64,000 nt of DNA from Hemiscyllium ocellatum (lineage: Eukaryota): positions 62,001-126,000 of the forward strand of contig NW_026869159.1 of the NCBI RefSeq assembly GCF_020745735.1. The letters are read 5' to 3'. This document shows positions 13,376 to 25,170 of this stretch, piece after piece; the stretch's first letter is position 1, and each line of letters opens with the position of its first letter. Both the position numbers and the translations under genes were made by a program. The notes beneath the pieces were generated by a model. The model searched no databases. It saw only the letters and a program-made list of their open reading frames with translations, and was not told the origin of the DNA.

Positions 13376-14744
13376 AATTTTGCTTCTTTTTCCTATGTTA
13401 ACAGCCATAAATATGTTAATCCAGGGAAGGTTTTCTCGGAATACAGAAGGCCAGGTACTTGCCTTCGTCTTTCATCCTCACAGTATTAATATCTGTATGT
13501 TGGGATTAACGAGAGCGAGCGGTATTACAGAGAATCTTTGGGATTTTACCGGGGCCAGCCCTGTTTGAGTCGCCTTTTTCGCTGGTGGGATCATTGCATT
13601 ATCTCTGACGAACTTTATCAGCGTCTATCTGTTGATGGTGGCTCCAATGTGAAAGCGACAGCAATATTCTCCTTGCATATATTTGAATCCTACAACGGCA
13701 TTTCACGATAGCCTTTCACTAGTGGAAGTTTTTAGTAGGACAAGAAAAGCCATTTAGTTGACACGTGATGAACACTGAGTTTTCAAAATACATTGGAGTC
13801 ATGTGAAGATCAAGCACACAATTGCTGGATGCAGCATGAGGCACATTATCTTTTGCACAAGTGAGCATTCTGGATTTTAGTTTTCATCCTGCCAGTTGTG
13901 CCTTTTGACGTGAGCTGGAATGATAAAATTCAGAAACTGAACAATCAGCAAAGGTAATTACCATTCGTGTTCAACATCAACGGCTCACCTTGAGAAACAG
14001 TGAAATTTACAGACATCAACTGACACGAGTAATTGTAACATGTCCCAGTATTCTCTCCGCACTAAAAGACACAGCTACACATGGAAGGAGAAATTTGCAA
14101 AGAACAGTACAGAGACCATGCGGCCCTCCATATTCTGCCTACTCTCTCTCTTTCATGCACAATCTCACTACCTTTCTCTCACATAAATAAACTCGTTATC
14201 TCTCACACTCTCTCCTTTGGTCGATCGAGATTCGTTTTTGTCTCTGAAGGGATCAAGGGATATGGGAGGAGGATGAGATGAGTGCATTGCATTCACCTTC
14301 ATGACCAATCAGGACCACGCCTAATAGTGGAACAGGGTCGAGGAACTGAATTATATACTCCTATGACTGTTTTCTGTAATTATATGTGCCTACTGGCTCA
14401 TATAATAACTGAATGATTTACTATCCATAATATATTATACAGAGTTGACACCGTTAACCTCTTTTTTGCACATGCTTATCAATTATAATTGAAAGGCTTT
14501 TTTTATTGTTCCTATCGACGAAACATTTGCTCATACATTCCATATCATAACAACTGGCTGCATGCAAATTCACGTTCTCCCGCCGGTTATACAGTTTGGC
14601 TGAAATTGATGCCCCATACAAAACAGAGACAAATATTTTCAGCTAAGTTCTGATAATGTAGGAGTTTCACAATAATATAATCTGATTAAAGATAGACGTT
14701 GTTGTCAACGTAATGGAACATGTAAAGATGTTGCAGTTGGGGTT

Positions 14745-15105
14745 TTTTGGCTCAGTGCTTATCACTGCTGCCTCACAGTACCACAGTGGCCTGGGCTTGA
14801 TTCCATTGATTCCATCTATAGGCGACTGTCTGCGTGGAGTTTGTCCATTCTCTGTTTCTGTGTGGCTTTCTTCCAAGCGGTCTGCTCTCCTCCCACATTT
14901 CAAAGTTGTGTATATATGGTGGATTGGCTAAAGTAAATTGCCATAGTGCCTGGGGGTGTGTAGGCTAGGTGGATTGCGCTAACCATTGGGAAATATACGT
15001 TTCAAAGGAGAAGCAGTGGGTCTGGGTTGTGGGATGCCCTTCGGAGGTTTGGCGTATCCTCGATGGGCCGGATGGCATGTTTCAAACTGTAGTGATTCTA
15101 TGATT
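14745..15105 (+). mobile_element. tRNA-derived HE1-type SINE
   Basis: A-box-like GGCTCAGTG..TA.CACTGCTGCCTCACAG head, a central GTGGAGTTTG..CATTCTC block, and a CR1-like tail GATGGGCCG.ATGGC.TGTTTC..ACTGTAG.GATTCTATG. Confidence 0.8.
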
Positions 15106-16384
15106 GTCCAAATTCTTTTATTTTCTGTCAGTCTTCACACTGTTTTAACTGACTTCACCAGGAAAAGTCCTGATTGACAAGCGAGCGGGGACGCCTCTTG
15201 TATGGTGGAACCATTTTCAATTGTGTGTCTCAGGTGTCACGAGAAAGTGCGTTGTGGTTTCAGATGCAACACAGAAATAGTTAAAGTTGGTCGACTGGGC
15301 CAACTGTGCAAATAAAAATAATTATAGATTTTACCAAAGTCTTACCTTCAGAATCTTTGGATAATGTCATCAGAATTATTTATTGTTCTTCGTGTTACAA
15401 CTTGCAAAAAAGCAATAAAACAAGGAACTGCGGATGCTGGAGATCTGATACAAAGCAAAACTAGCTGGCAAAACTCAGCAGATCTGGCATCAACTGTAGG
15501 GAGAAAGCAACGTTATCCTTTCGACTCCACTCAATGTCTATTAGAAATTAATGTTAACCTTTCCATTCCATTTTCACACAATACGAACACTGAAAGTTCC
15601 GTGATTCTAAGCTCAACTTGGTCATGAACAGTGACCAACAGAGTCGTTCAACGCTTTGAATATATTACACGCTCGAAGACATTAGTTAAAAAATACTAAG
15701 AAAGGAGGAGGGCAAATGTCTCCCAATGATAATATAGCTTACAATAAAGAATAAGCCGCAAACATGCAACATTTCAGTGATGGAAAGTCAACGCGTCGAA
15801 TTTCTCGAAATCGATCATTAGGTGGTGTACTTCTTCGATTCGGAGTATGCACAGCAGGAGAGAAATGACAGTCAGTATCAGGCAAATGTATGACCAATTT
15901 AATGGTCTAAAGACCATACAGAGCCTCATTTCTGACTGCTTTGTATGACATTCAACGAAACGTAAAGTAAAAGAATCACGAAATTTAATTTTTTTTGCAG
16001 TGCAGAAAAGGAGGAGGACGTCATCAGGTGCTTTTGGGGGTTGGTGGTGGTGGTCGTGGATGGAGGTGAATTGCATGGAGCTGCTGCTACTGTGAAACTA
16101 AGTCTGATATTTATGGAGAGTGGCACGGATTCAACGATCTACAGATAGCACGAAAAATTCCTAGATCTTTATTGAGGACACAATGGTTTGTTCATCAAAG
16201 CTAAGGACAGCGCTTGAGATTCAAAAACGATGAATACAATAGTCCTGAGACATAAACGAGAGCGACGAAGGCGGGGAGTCACAGAAGAATAGAGACTGAG
16301 AGGGAAGGAGAGAAAGAGATGAATATCAAATCAAATGGCTGATATCATTAGATGGAAGGAAAACAACAATCCAAAAGTATTTGC

Positions 16385-16645
16385 AACGAGTGAGAGATGT
16401 GCAGAGAGACACCAACACGTTCTTGAACTCGTCTGGGAGCTTGTTCTGGAATAATGCATAAATGAAGACATAGCTGAGGAAACTGAATATTTACTGAACA
16501 TTGTTCACCTTTTGGGAATGAACTGTGTGTTAGTGAAACCCAAGTCGCTGAAGCAGGCCTCACCAAACATCGGGCAGCAGAGATAACCCATCGAATGAGG
16601 AAGCCCAGCGATATGCTGAACAGCAGGACAATGGATGGTGACGAC
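16385..16645 (-). pseudogene. Truncated GPCR pseudogene (TM6 to C-terminus), same family as 5833-6761
   Basis: SIVLLFSISLGFLIRW and, after a frameshift, VFIYALFQNKLPDEFKNVL match SIVLLYAISISFLLLW and VFIYAISQNKFREEMKNVL of the intact gene. Confidence 0.8.
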
Positions 16646-17559
16646 ACAGGGTAAACCCTTCTGCCCAATTAAACCAGACACTTAGAAAAACTCTCCTTGC
16701 CTTGTAATCTGTAAAAGTATGTGTGACGAAGAACTACCAAATCCCACTACTTCAACAAAAAATTCCTTTAACTCCAAGAAGGAAAAAGAGAACGTGAAAA
16801 AATAATTACCTACTCTGTAAGCCTTCTTCATCCGATTGATTTATCGACGTCTCACTCTCCAACAATGTACCAATACGATAAAACCCCCAATTAGGTTTTA
16901 CAAAAGTTTAAACTTCAAAACCAGTCAGCTGCTTCGATTCTCCTTTGTATTTTCCTCTCCATTTTCCTAGGTCTTTTATTCAGTCTTCTGCTTCACAGAC
17001 TTCACATGAAAAGGTACCTTTCAGAACATTTTTGTATGGGCAGTCTTTGTTTGTTGGCGCTCTTTGCCGCTCTGGTTAACTGTTACAAATATCCGATTTT
17101 TATATCCCAACACATCGGATCGTTTCATTGGTTTAATGCTGTCAAAAGTGTAAAATTCATTTTCGATTGAATTTAGTTATCTTGGGGCATAATTTAAACT
17201 GATTGGTCGAATTCGAATCTGTTGTATAACAAATCAACTTATTATAACCACTTTCCCATGACATACACATGACTTTAATCTGAGTTCATATTAATGTCCT
17301 CCCATATATGTCATTGAGAATGTACCAAACACATCTATACGTTGTCAGTTAAATCCACGATAACACATCTGCTATTACATTCTTAAGACCCACAACATGC
17401 ACGATTTGTGAATTGAAAGTAATTAAGATAAGACTCCACGAAATAGTCTCATATTCTTGTCTTTAAAGCACCTCAAGAATAGAAGAGGATTGTGATCCGC
17501 GGATCCATCTGGGTCCATGGCATTATTTATGACATAAGCATTAAAATAGTACTTCCAGT

Positions 17560-18330
17560 AAAAAACTCAATAGTTTTTTTTCGATCGTAGGTATTTACTC
17601 TGGTAGGCGTTGAGTTTCTTTGCAAAGCGCCAATCATCATCTTCCTGCAGCAGCACAGCTCGAACTCTTATGCCACTAGCATCGAGAGAAACGTTGAATG
17701 GTTTCGAAAAGTTTGGTGTCGCTAAAACTGGTGCGTTTCTTAACATTACTGCTAAATCTCCTGCTCAGTTTCCTGATGAAGGGCTTTTGCCCGAAATGTC
17801 GATTTCGCTGCTCGTTGTATGCTGCCTGAACTGCTATGCTCTTCCAGCACCACTGATCCAGAAGCTGGTTTCCAGCATCTGCAGTCATTGTTTTTACCTC
17901 ATTACTGCTAAATCGTCAAACGTCTCCTGGCATCGATCTGTCCACCGAAATTTTGTGTTTTTCTTCAGAAGATCTGTTAAAGTGCCACTACGCTGCTGAA
18001 GTTTGGAACAAACTTCTGATAGGATCTGCTTAGTCTCAAAAATTAAAACAACTATTTCTTCGGTCTTGGTCTTAGAGATTCCTCAATGGTCTTCAACTTT
18101 GCATTCCTTGGTGTCATCTTTCCATGCCCCATGTTATGTCGCAAGAATGTCACCTTTACTTTCGCGAATTCAGTTTTGTTTAAGTTCATTCCTTGTTTTG
18201 CTACTCTTAATCAGTCAAAGAGCTCTGCCAACTTTACCACGTGCTCTTCCCAGCACTCACGAAAGATCATTACATAGTCCAAATGGACTGCACAGATTGT
18301 TAGCCATGGTAGAACTCTGTTCATGAGTTT
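17560..18330 (-). mobile_element. Ty3/Gypsy RT-RNaseH remnant, interrupted by a Penelope-derived repeat
   Basis: LMNRVL..CAVHLDYVMIF..WEEHV (degenerate YLDD region) and APVLATPNFSKPFNVSLDASGIRVRAVLLQE (RNase H). Confidence 0.8.
17768..17900 (+). mobile_element. Penelope-like-element-derived repeat with a hammerhead-like core
   Basis: CTGATGA-A-GGGC-TTTT-GCCC-GAAA-TGTC at 17773-17800, followed by the family body GATGCTGCCTGA.CTGCT.TGCT.TTCCAGCA. Many copies occur in the window. Confidence 0.65.
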
Positions 18331-19539
18331 TTGGAATGTTGGTGGGTGCGTTTTTCATTCAAAAAGTGTATCACCTTGAATTGTTACAGCACATTTGGGA
18401 TTACAAACGCAGAAATTTCTTTTACTTTCTCTGATGAAGTTACCTACTAGTAACCAAGCAGGCAATCTAATTTAGTGATGTAACTGGCTTATTCACAGTC
18501 CTCCAATCTCGGTATTGGGTTGAGTGTGATTTTGTTATGGCATTGACCTCCTGAAAATCCACATAAAATCGTGGAATCCCATCAGGTTTTGGAACTAAGA
18601 CGATCGGTGATATCCACTTGTTTCTGACATCTTCTGGTTCAGTGCTCTTTTTCCGATTTCATTGATGATTTTGTGACCCTCATCGTTGGATTTTCATTGT
18701 TGTCTAGGTTTATTGCTCTGGGACCTCCCTCGCATGGACAGCAGTTGGAAATCTCAAGATACATTTTTGTATTTGCAGCAATCTCGGTTCCACAGCCCAG
18801 AAATGCAATGCGTTGTTGGAGAGATGAACCAGAGCTACATATAAAGGAAACACTTTGATTCCTTTCTATAAAACAGCAAAGAAAATCTCTCGACATCTCT
18901 CCCGTTCCTGGTCTGTTAGCTTTTATGAAATATCTTAATATGTCGCAGAATGCTGAACGCAGCAGAATGCAATTCTCACAGGAGCTATCGAGAAACTGCA
19001 GTTCAAGGTAATATTTTGTCCTTCCAAGACTGTGATTTCGTGTTGATCCTGGAATGCTGTGTCTTTACCATTGGTACCTGCAACAAGGCAAAAATTATTA
19101 ATTGTCCGAGAAAGACCATATCTTGTGGAGCAGATACTGAACGTTTAAACATATTTACAAATCGTGCAACACCAGGTTATTATCGAACAAGGTAATTTGG
19201 AAGTACAAGCTTGGACGATCTACTGGTTTGTGTCATTTTGAGCTCTTCCATCCCCGTCAGAGATCAGCATGATACACATAATTTAAACATTTTCACACCA
19301 TGCAGCACGACCAATGTTATCAGCTTTTTAAGTTGGCAGAAGAGTATTGTCTCGTATTTTCTCCGTGCAAATATAAATTCCTGCTCTTTCATTACATGAC
19401 ACGATGTTGCACACACCAGGAAGGCTGCATTAAAACAGTAGAGCTGGACAGAGTCCTTCGTCTCCAAAGAGCAGAATGTGGAGTGAAAGACAAGAACTAT
19501 GTGACGAAAGAGCACGATTTGGCAATGAAGAGACATGGA

Positions 19540-20480
19540 GGCACACGTGATAAGAGAAAGAAGAAGGAAAAAAGATAAACAGATGGATAGAGGGACTAAC
19601 ATAAAACTCTAATATGAAACAGTGGTTAACACAAAAGGCCAATCAGACCTAAAGCGAAGTGGAGAAAGAGACAGCAAAAACAGAGGACAGAAAAATAGAA
19701 ATACAGATATCCAAGGGAGAAGACAAATAAATATGCAAATAAAGAGTGGATTACTATCTGGAATAGAGAACGCTAAAGGAAAGGAACAGCGAGAGATAGG
19801 GAACAAACACAGGACATAGACGTGGAGAACTTTGCGAAGAGGGACAGATAAATAAATTTATATTAAATACGATAATGAGAGATAATGAGATTGAAACTGG
19901 AGAAAGAAAGATAAAATATGAGGCAAGAAAGGAAACAGAAAGAAATCGTGCAGTGGAGCATAAAAAGGAATGCAACATTCTTCGGGAAAGAATGATTTAA
20001 ACACACAGATTAAAGGAGACAGAATGACCGACAGAGTTGGGTGGAGAGATGCAGAAACATAAAGACAGAGAGAAAGACAAGAATAGAGAGAGAAAAAATA
20101 ACAACACTTGAAACGAGATTGCTTGTAATCGCATTTAAGGAGATAATACAACATTGCAATGGATAAACGCAGAGAGAAAGTGCATGAGAAACCAACGTCG
20201 AGAAATAAATTGAACAAAGAGGATTGGGGAGAGCGAACGCAAAAAGAGATCATGAAAATGTAGCAAAAGAGAGGAGAGGATTTAGAAAGGATGTCTGAAA
20301 ACGAAATGGAGGCAGACATAAGCTAGACATGAATAGAGACAGTTGTAAACGAGATGGAACAATCTGCAAATGGACAGAAATATAATTGAAGTAACAAGAT
20401 GTTGAGGAGAGAGGAGGGAATAATTGATGAAAGATGGAGTGAAGCAAAAGGAAACTTGTAGAGAAAACAAGGAACAGGTT
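19540..20480 (+). repeat. Purine-rich (A/G-biased) low-complexity tract, about 0.95 kb
   Basis: Strong A+G bias on the plus strand. The overlapping minus-strand ORFs are F/L/S-rich compositional artefacts. Confidence 0.85.
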
Positions 20481-21270
20481 GAACATGTTTCAAGATCCAA
20501 CATTTGGATAGTTTCACATCCATTTCGATGATTTGGGAGAATAATTTCAACATTGTTATACCAGCGATGCTTTCTGTTTTACATGTTTAAGAACAGTTGC
20601 TCTAATGAGGAGGAATGACTAATTTCAACAGCAGCAGAATTATGTTTCAATATCATGCCATTCCACCATCACTTTTTATGACGTCACCATTTTCAGAACA
20701 GAGGCGTATTGAGCAGATTTTATTTTGCAAAACAATGATTTTGCCACTGTATTGGATGTTATCTGGTGTGTTTGTCCAGAACAAATCAATCAGCAGGGAG
20801 ATCAATATCAGACATCATCTCATCTCTTGACAAATACCCATTCCAGAAAAAAACAATTTCTGTTCAGATCCGCCATGATTTCTCTGCAAATATGTTTGAT
20901 TTAATTTTTACTTTGTTGTTACCGCTGCAGCTTTCTTAACTGGTACATTGAAAAGATCTTTGTTGTTTAAGCTCAAAAATGTCTCATTTATTACTTGCAG
21001 TCAGAGCACAGAAATGTCCAGATACTGCTGTGAAGTGACCAAAAGAGTTATATCCTTCCTGAACTTGTCAAAACAAATGACTTGTATCAGCTGTAAGTTT
21101 TAGGCGATCGGCTCATGGACTGAGCCCAGCACATTGAATTGAAATTTTGATTTGGTTTGTGCCGGACAAATTAATCTATTTATTATCCAATATTTCTCTC
21201 ATTGGAGAACTTGTCACCACAGAACCCACTGAGAGTAAATTAAAGCAAATTAAATTGGTCATCGTAGATC

Positions 21271-21307
21271 ATGTTTTCTTTCATATGTTTCTGTATAATT
21301 TTCTAAG
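21271..21307 (+). pseudogene. Candidate decayed leader exon of the V pseudogene at 22494
   Basis: ATG TTT TCT TTC ATA TGT TTC TGT ATA ATT TTC TAA G (MFSFICFCIIF*). Removing the LTR leaves an intron of about 100 bp to the V acceptor. The donor is mutated. Confidence 0.45.
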
Positions 21308-21333
21308 TTAATTCTCAATGTACGCGTGGAAGT

Positions 21334-22413
21334 TGTCACGAGAACCTGAATCATCCACATTGAAAAGCTCACTTCGGACACTTAACAAGAGGTCACGAGA
21401 ACCTGAATCATCAACATTGAAAAGCTCACTTCGGACACTTAACAAGAGGTCACAAGAACCTGAATCATCAACATTGAAAAGCCCACTTCGGACACTTAAC
21501 AGATAAACTTATTTGAAGTTTGCACACTAACCCTATGCTATTGTATGCTAACGATATTAAACGCGACCTTTAAACAAGCATGTGTTAAAATGCTGACCGC
21601 GGCACGATTTTAAGCGGGTGTAAAACAGCTGATCCCAGTCCTTAGAACTAATGACGTAATTGCTTGACAAACTTTGTAAGGGATATAAGCAGAGCTTCAC
21701 AGCAGGCAAATCGCTCCTGCCACTAGCTGACAGGAGACACTGAACCAATGTAGCTTCGGCTACTGAACCAAAACAGGCTTGCTACAAAAGACACATTGTG
21801 CATATTGAACCAATATCAAAAGATCTCAAACAAGAGACAACTAACTTGCAGCCTGCTCAAAAGATCCCCTTGAGGGACACTTAGGGAACTAAGCTCTGCT
21901 TTATCCTAGGTAAACTCGACTCGCGACTTTGAATCGGAACTTTGACTTAAGAAGAATCTAAGAAACTAAAGTAATCTTGACTCGCGACTTTAAATCGGGA
22001 TTTTGAGCTAAGAAAATCGTAAGGCTAAGAGTGAGTAACTATAAATTGATTTCTTTTCTTATGTTTCAATAAATTACATTTTTAATTTACATACACACAC
22101 GAATCGCCGAACAGTTATTTGATTAAGATATATTGGTATTATTATTGTGAAGTGTTAAGAACTACAAACGGTAGGAAGGTGCTTGGTTGGCCCAAGGCGA
22201 GCCGCTCTCACTCATAGGTGAAAGGGGTAATACTGAAGGATGACCTATAGACCTACATAAAGCCTAACCGGGTTGGAAGTTTCTAGGACCAGACAGTAGT
22301 TAAAATTCTCACCAAGGGTATTCACTACCGGTAACGGCCTCACTGAAGGTACGGAGGAATAATCCCTAAGCTAAGCGAGATAAACTAGAGTTACCCACGT
22401 AGATAACATAACA
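21334..22413 (+). mobile_element. Solo LTR (1080 bp) with a 4-bp target-site duplication
   Basis: Begins TGTCACG and ends CATAACA (TG...CA). It is flanked by AAGT at 21330-21333 and 22414-22417, with internal TATA-like (GATATAAG) and AATAAA motifs. Orientation is inferred from those motifs. Confidence 0.85.
21335..21501 (+). repeat. 57-bp tandem repeat, about 2.9 copies, at the LTR 5' end
   Basis: Unit GTCACGAGAACCTGAATCATC.ACATTGAAAAGCTCACTTCGGACACTTAACAAGAG starts at 21335, 21392 and 21449. Confidence 0.95.
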
Positions 22414-22493
22414 AAGTTATCACATTGGTTCTGGGAGGGAAAGGCGCAATAACATGCTATTGTTTAACTTGATATCTTTATGTGCTTTGACAG

Positions 22494-22788
22494 GAAATTG
22501 TCGAGGAGACGCTGCTTCATAATCACCAGGTGAAAGCTCAGTAAATGAACGAAATCATGTTCAGGTTTTAAGTAATTACAGAATGACAATCAGCAGTGTT
22601 TGTTACCTGTTCTGCCACCATCAATATCCAAGTGGATCCGTTGAGGTTTTGGTACAGAGGAACATACATGGAAGGATTTCCAGAGAACCTTTTTTCAGTG
22701 AGCTCAATGAATCCTTTCGAACCGTACCTCTAAAAGTAACGAAAATCCAGTGGACAGACTCTGCCATGTATTATTATTCACGGAGACC
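22494..22788 (+). pseudogene. TCR alpha/delta V pseudogene
   Basis: Acceptor tttgacag, then GNCRGDAAS*SPGE...LSNY...YLFCHHQ...KIQWTDSAMYYYSRRP. It has a stop codon and has lost the canonical Cys23, Trp41 and Cys104. Confidence 0.85.
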
Positions 22789-22827
22789 CACAGAGCCAGA
22801 GAACTGCAGTGAACTTGTACAATTCCT
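22789..22827 (+). other. 23-RSS
   Basis: CACAGAG - 23 nt - ACAATTCCT. Confidence 0.85.
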
Positions 22828-25125
22828 GCCAGAATATCGAGCGACACTTCAGTGCACGAACGAGTTAAATGTTGACATGAAGTCGATTTTCAGTGAGCCA
22901 CCACCCCACCCCCAACCCCCACCCCCGAGCACCTCATTCATGATGATCTCATGGACTCCTATTTCTGATCGCTACACTGTTTAATTATGCATTAATTTTC
23001 ATTTAAATGTTACTAATTTTTAAAATAACAAGGTACGCAAATTCAATCCTCATCGTAAACAAAGAATAATGTGGGACCAGCTGCTGTTTTATGTAAGAAA
23101 ACGCTGGAGGGAGACATGCAGACAGTTGGGGTTTATCAGTAAAGTGATCAGTTCCACCAGGTAAACTGATATAAGATCAAAATGAATGGCTGTGAAACAG
23201 ATCTGTCGTTTATTGTTGTTTATTGGGCAGGTTAAAATGTCAGAATAAAAAATCTGAAAGCAGTGAATGCAAAGTTCAATAAAATAGTCGAATGTGCAGC
23301 AGAAGTAGGCCTTAGGTACATCTTTTCTGCTCCGGTATTCAAATAAAATTATGGTTTATCTCAAAATCCTCAACTCCACTTTCATGTCTGTTCCCCATAA
23401 ACCTTGAATCCTTACTGAGTACAAATCTGTGCGTCTCAGCCTTGAAAGTATGAGCTACAGAACGCATGACAGACCTTTGCAGTAGTTAATTCGACCTGAG
23501 ATAATATGTATCCCGTCATCTCTGATCTTGGTGGCTGACCATTTACTCTGAGATTGGGAGGTCCTCGACTCTCCCAAAAGATAAAAGAACCTACTGCTTC
23601 TCGCCTGTCAAGCACACAAAGAAATTATTTTTCGTGTTTCAATGAAATCGCTTCTCATTCTTCTGAACCGCGATGAGTTAAGATCTGATCCGTATCTCCT
23701 CATAAACCATCCTGGACACCTACCTGTTGGAACCTCTCTGGTCTGCTACAAATGCCAACATGTCTTTCTTTAGGTATAGAGATCAAAACTGCTGACGATA
23801 TTCCAGCTATTGTCAGGCATTTGCCTTATGATGTTTAATGAAATCCTCCTTATTTCCATACACATATCCCTTTGATATGTCCATCCCTATTACATGCTGA
23901 ACGTAGATGATTTTGTATTGTGGAAGGGCTATCACATCTCTCTGTGCTCGAAGTTTCCATAGGCGTTTCCATTTACCTAGTATTCCACGTCCCAAATCTA
24001 ATTCATCTGAGTATCGACATATTCTGGAAACTGATGCTCAAAGCTTTAACTTTGGGATCAGTATCATCATAACTCATCAACCCCACGGTTATTAGAATCT
24101 ACTAACCTGATACGGTATTTTGATCAATTTTTCGAACAGGAAAGTGTTTTCACGGTGTCCCATGAGGAACTATGGTCACATAGTTCCTGTTACCCGAAAA
24201 CCCAAAAGGTTGAGTGATTCAGAATCTCCACTTCCTGCCGCAAATTAGAAATGCTGAACGTAATCTGATATCCAAGGCTGAGTTGGGTTGTTGGCCCTTC
24301 AGGTGTCCACACACTAAGCTGTCACAATGATCTCTGCTTTAACCTGCTATTCGTGACGACTTGAGACAAAAACCTTGAAGCATCATTGCCCCAAGCACGT
24401 CATTGAAATCCTCAGTCTTCTTCTCTCCCCCGCCCCTTAGTTTTGAAGAGGTTGTAGCAGCTGTCCTCGAACTGAAAGCAAGAAGAGTGTGCGTGCGTGT
24501 GCTTGTATGTTGGGGTGTGTGCTGGAGATGGAAGTTGTATGCCATAAATATCACGTTTACATCACTGTGTACTTCCGCTAACGATTTGACCACGTTTGTC
24601 TCAAATCGTCAGACTAAGTTGTAGCCGTTTGTCTTTTCTTGTTGCCCATGATGTTGGTTCATGCACTGACCCTGATGTTATTTCAGTGTGTCCCGATGCA
24701 CGACATGCCATCTGAACCAGTTTGTACCTGCAGTTTATCTGCACAGCATCCTGAGTTAATGTATTACGACTGTAATAAGTTTATAAAATCATTCATTCTC
24801 AATTATATCAGATCAGAGTCATGGAACTTCTGCTACTTCGCCACACTGCTCACATTTTGAGACAGAAGTGATGTCGGTGACATTGATCTGTTCTGATGAG
24901 TCTACAGGGAGCTCTGTATATTATGATGATATTGATAACATCCAGACAGACAGCTCGAATGAATTCTTTTGGAATTTGATCAATTGGTACAAAACAATTT
25001 ACAGGATCGTGTGCATATATTAATTGCCTGTTCAGCCTATTTATCATGGACGCATGGACTACTCCAATGGCAATCATAGCCCAGTGAAACCGTGAGAAGA
25101 ACACAGTGCGCACATTGCACATACG

Positions 25126-25170
25126 CACAGACACACACACACACAGACACACACACACACACACACTCAC
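25126..25170. repeat. (CA)n microsatellite
   Basis: Directly visible. Confidence 0.95.

Noticed and set aside
14745-14790. tRNA-like A-box heads (also at 49570-49612)
   Set aside because: These are SINE heads with no complete cloverleaf, so they are not tRNA genes.
19609-20553. Many overlapping 60-150 aa F/L/S-rich minus-strand ORFs that look like membrane proteins
   Set aside because: They are compositional artefacts of the purine-rich tract.
24165-24188. Perfect 10-bp hairpin AGGAACTATG-GTCA-CATAGTTCCT
   Set aside because: It is isolated, has no ribozyme or miRNA context, and is expected occasionally by chance in 64 kb.
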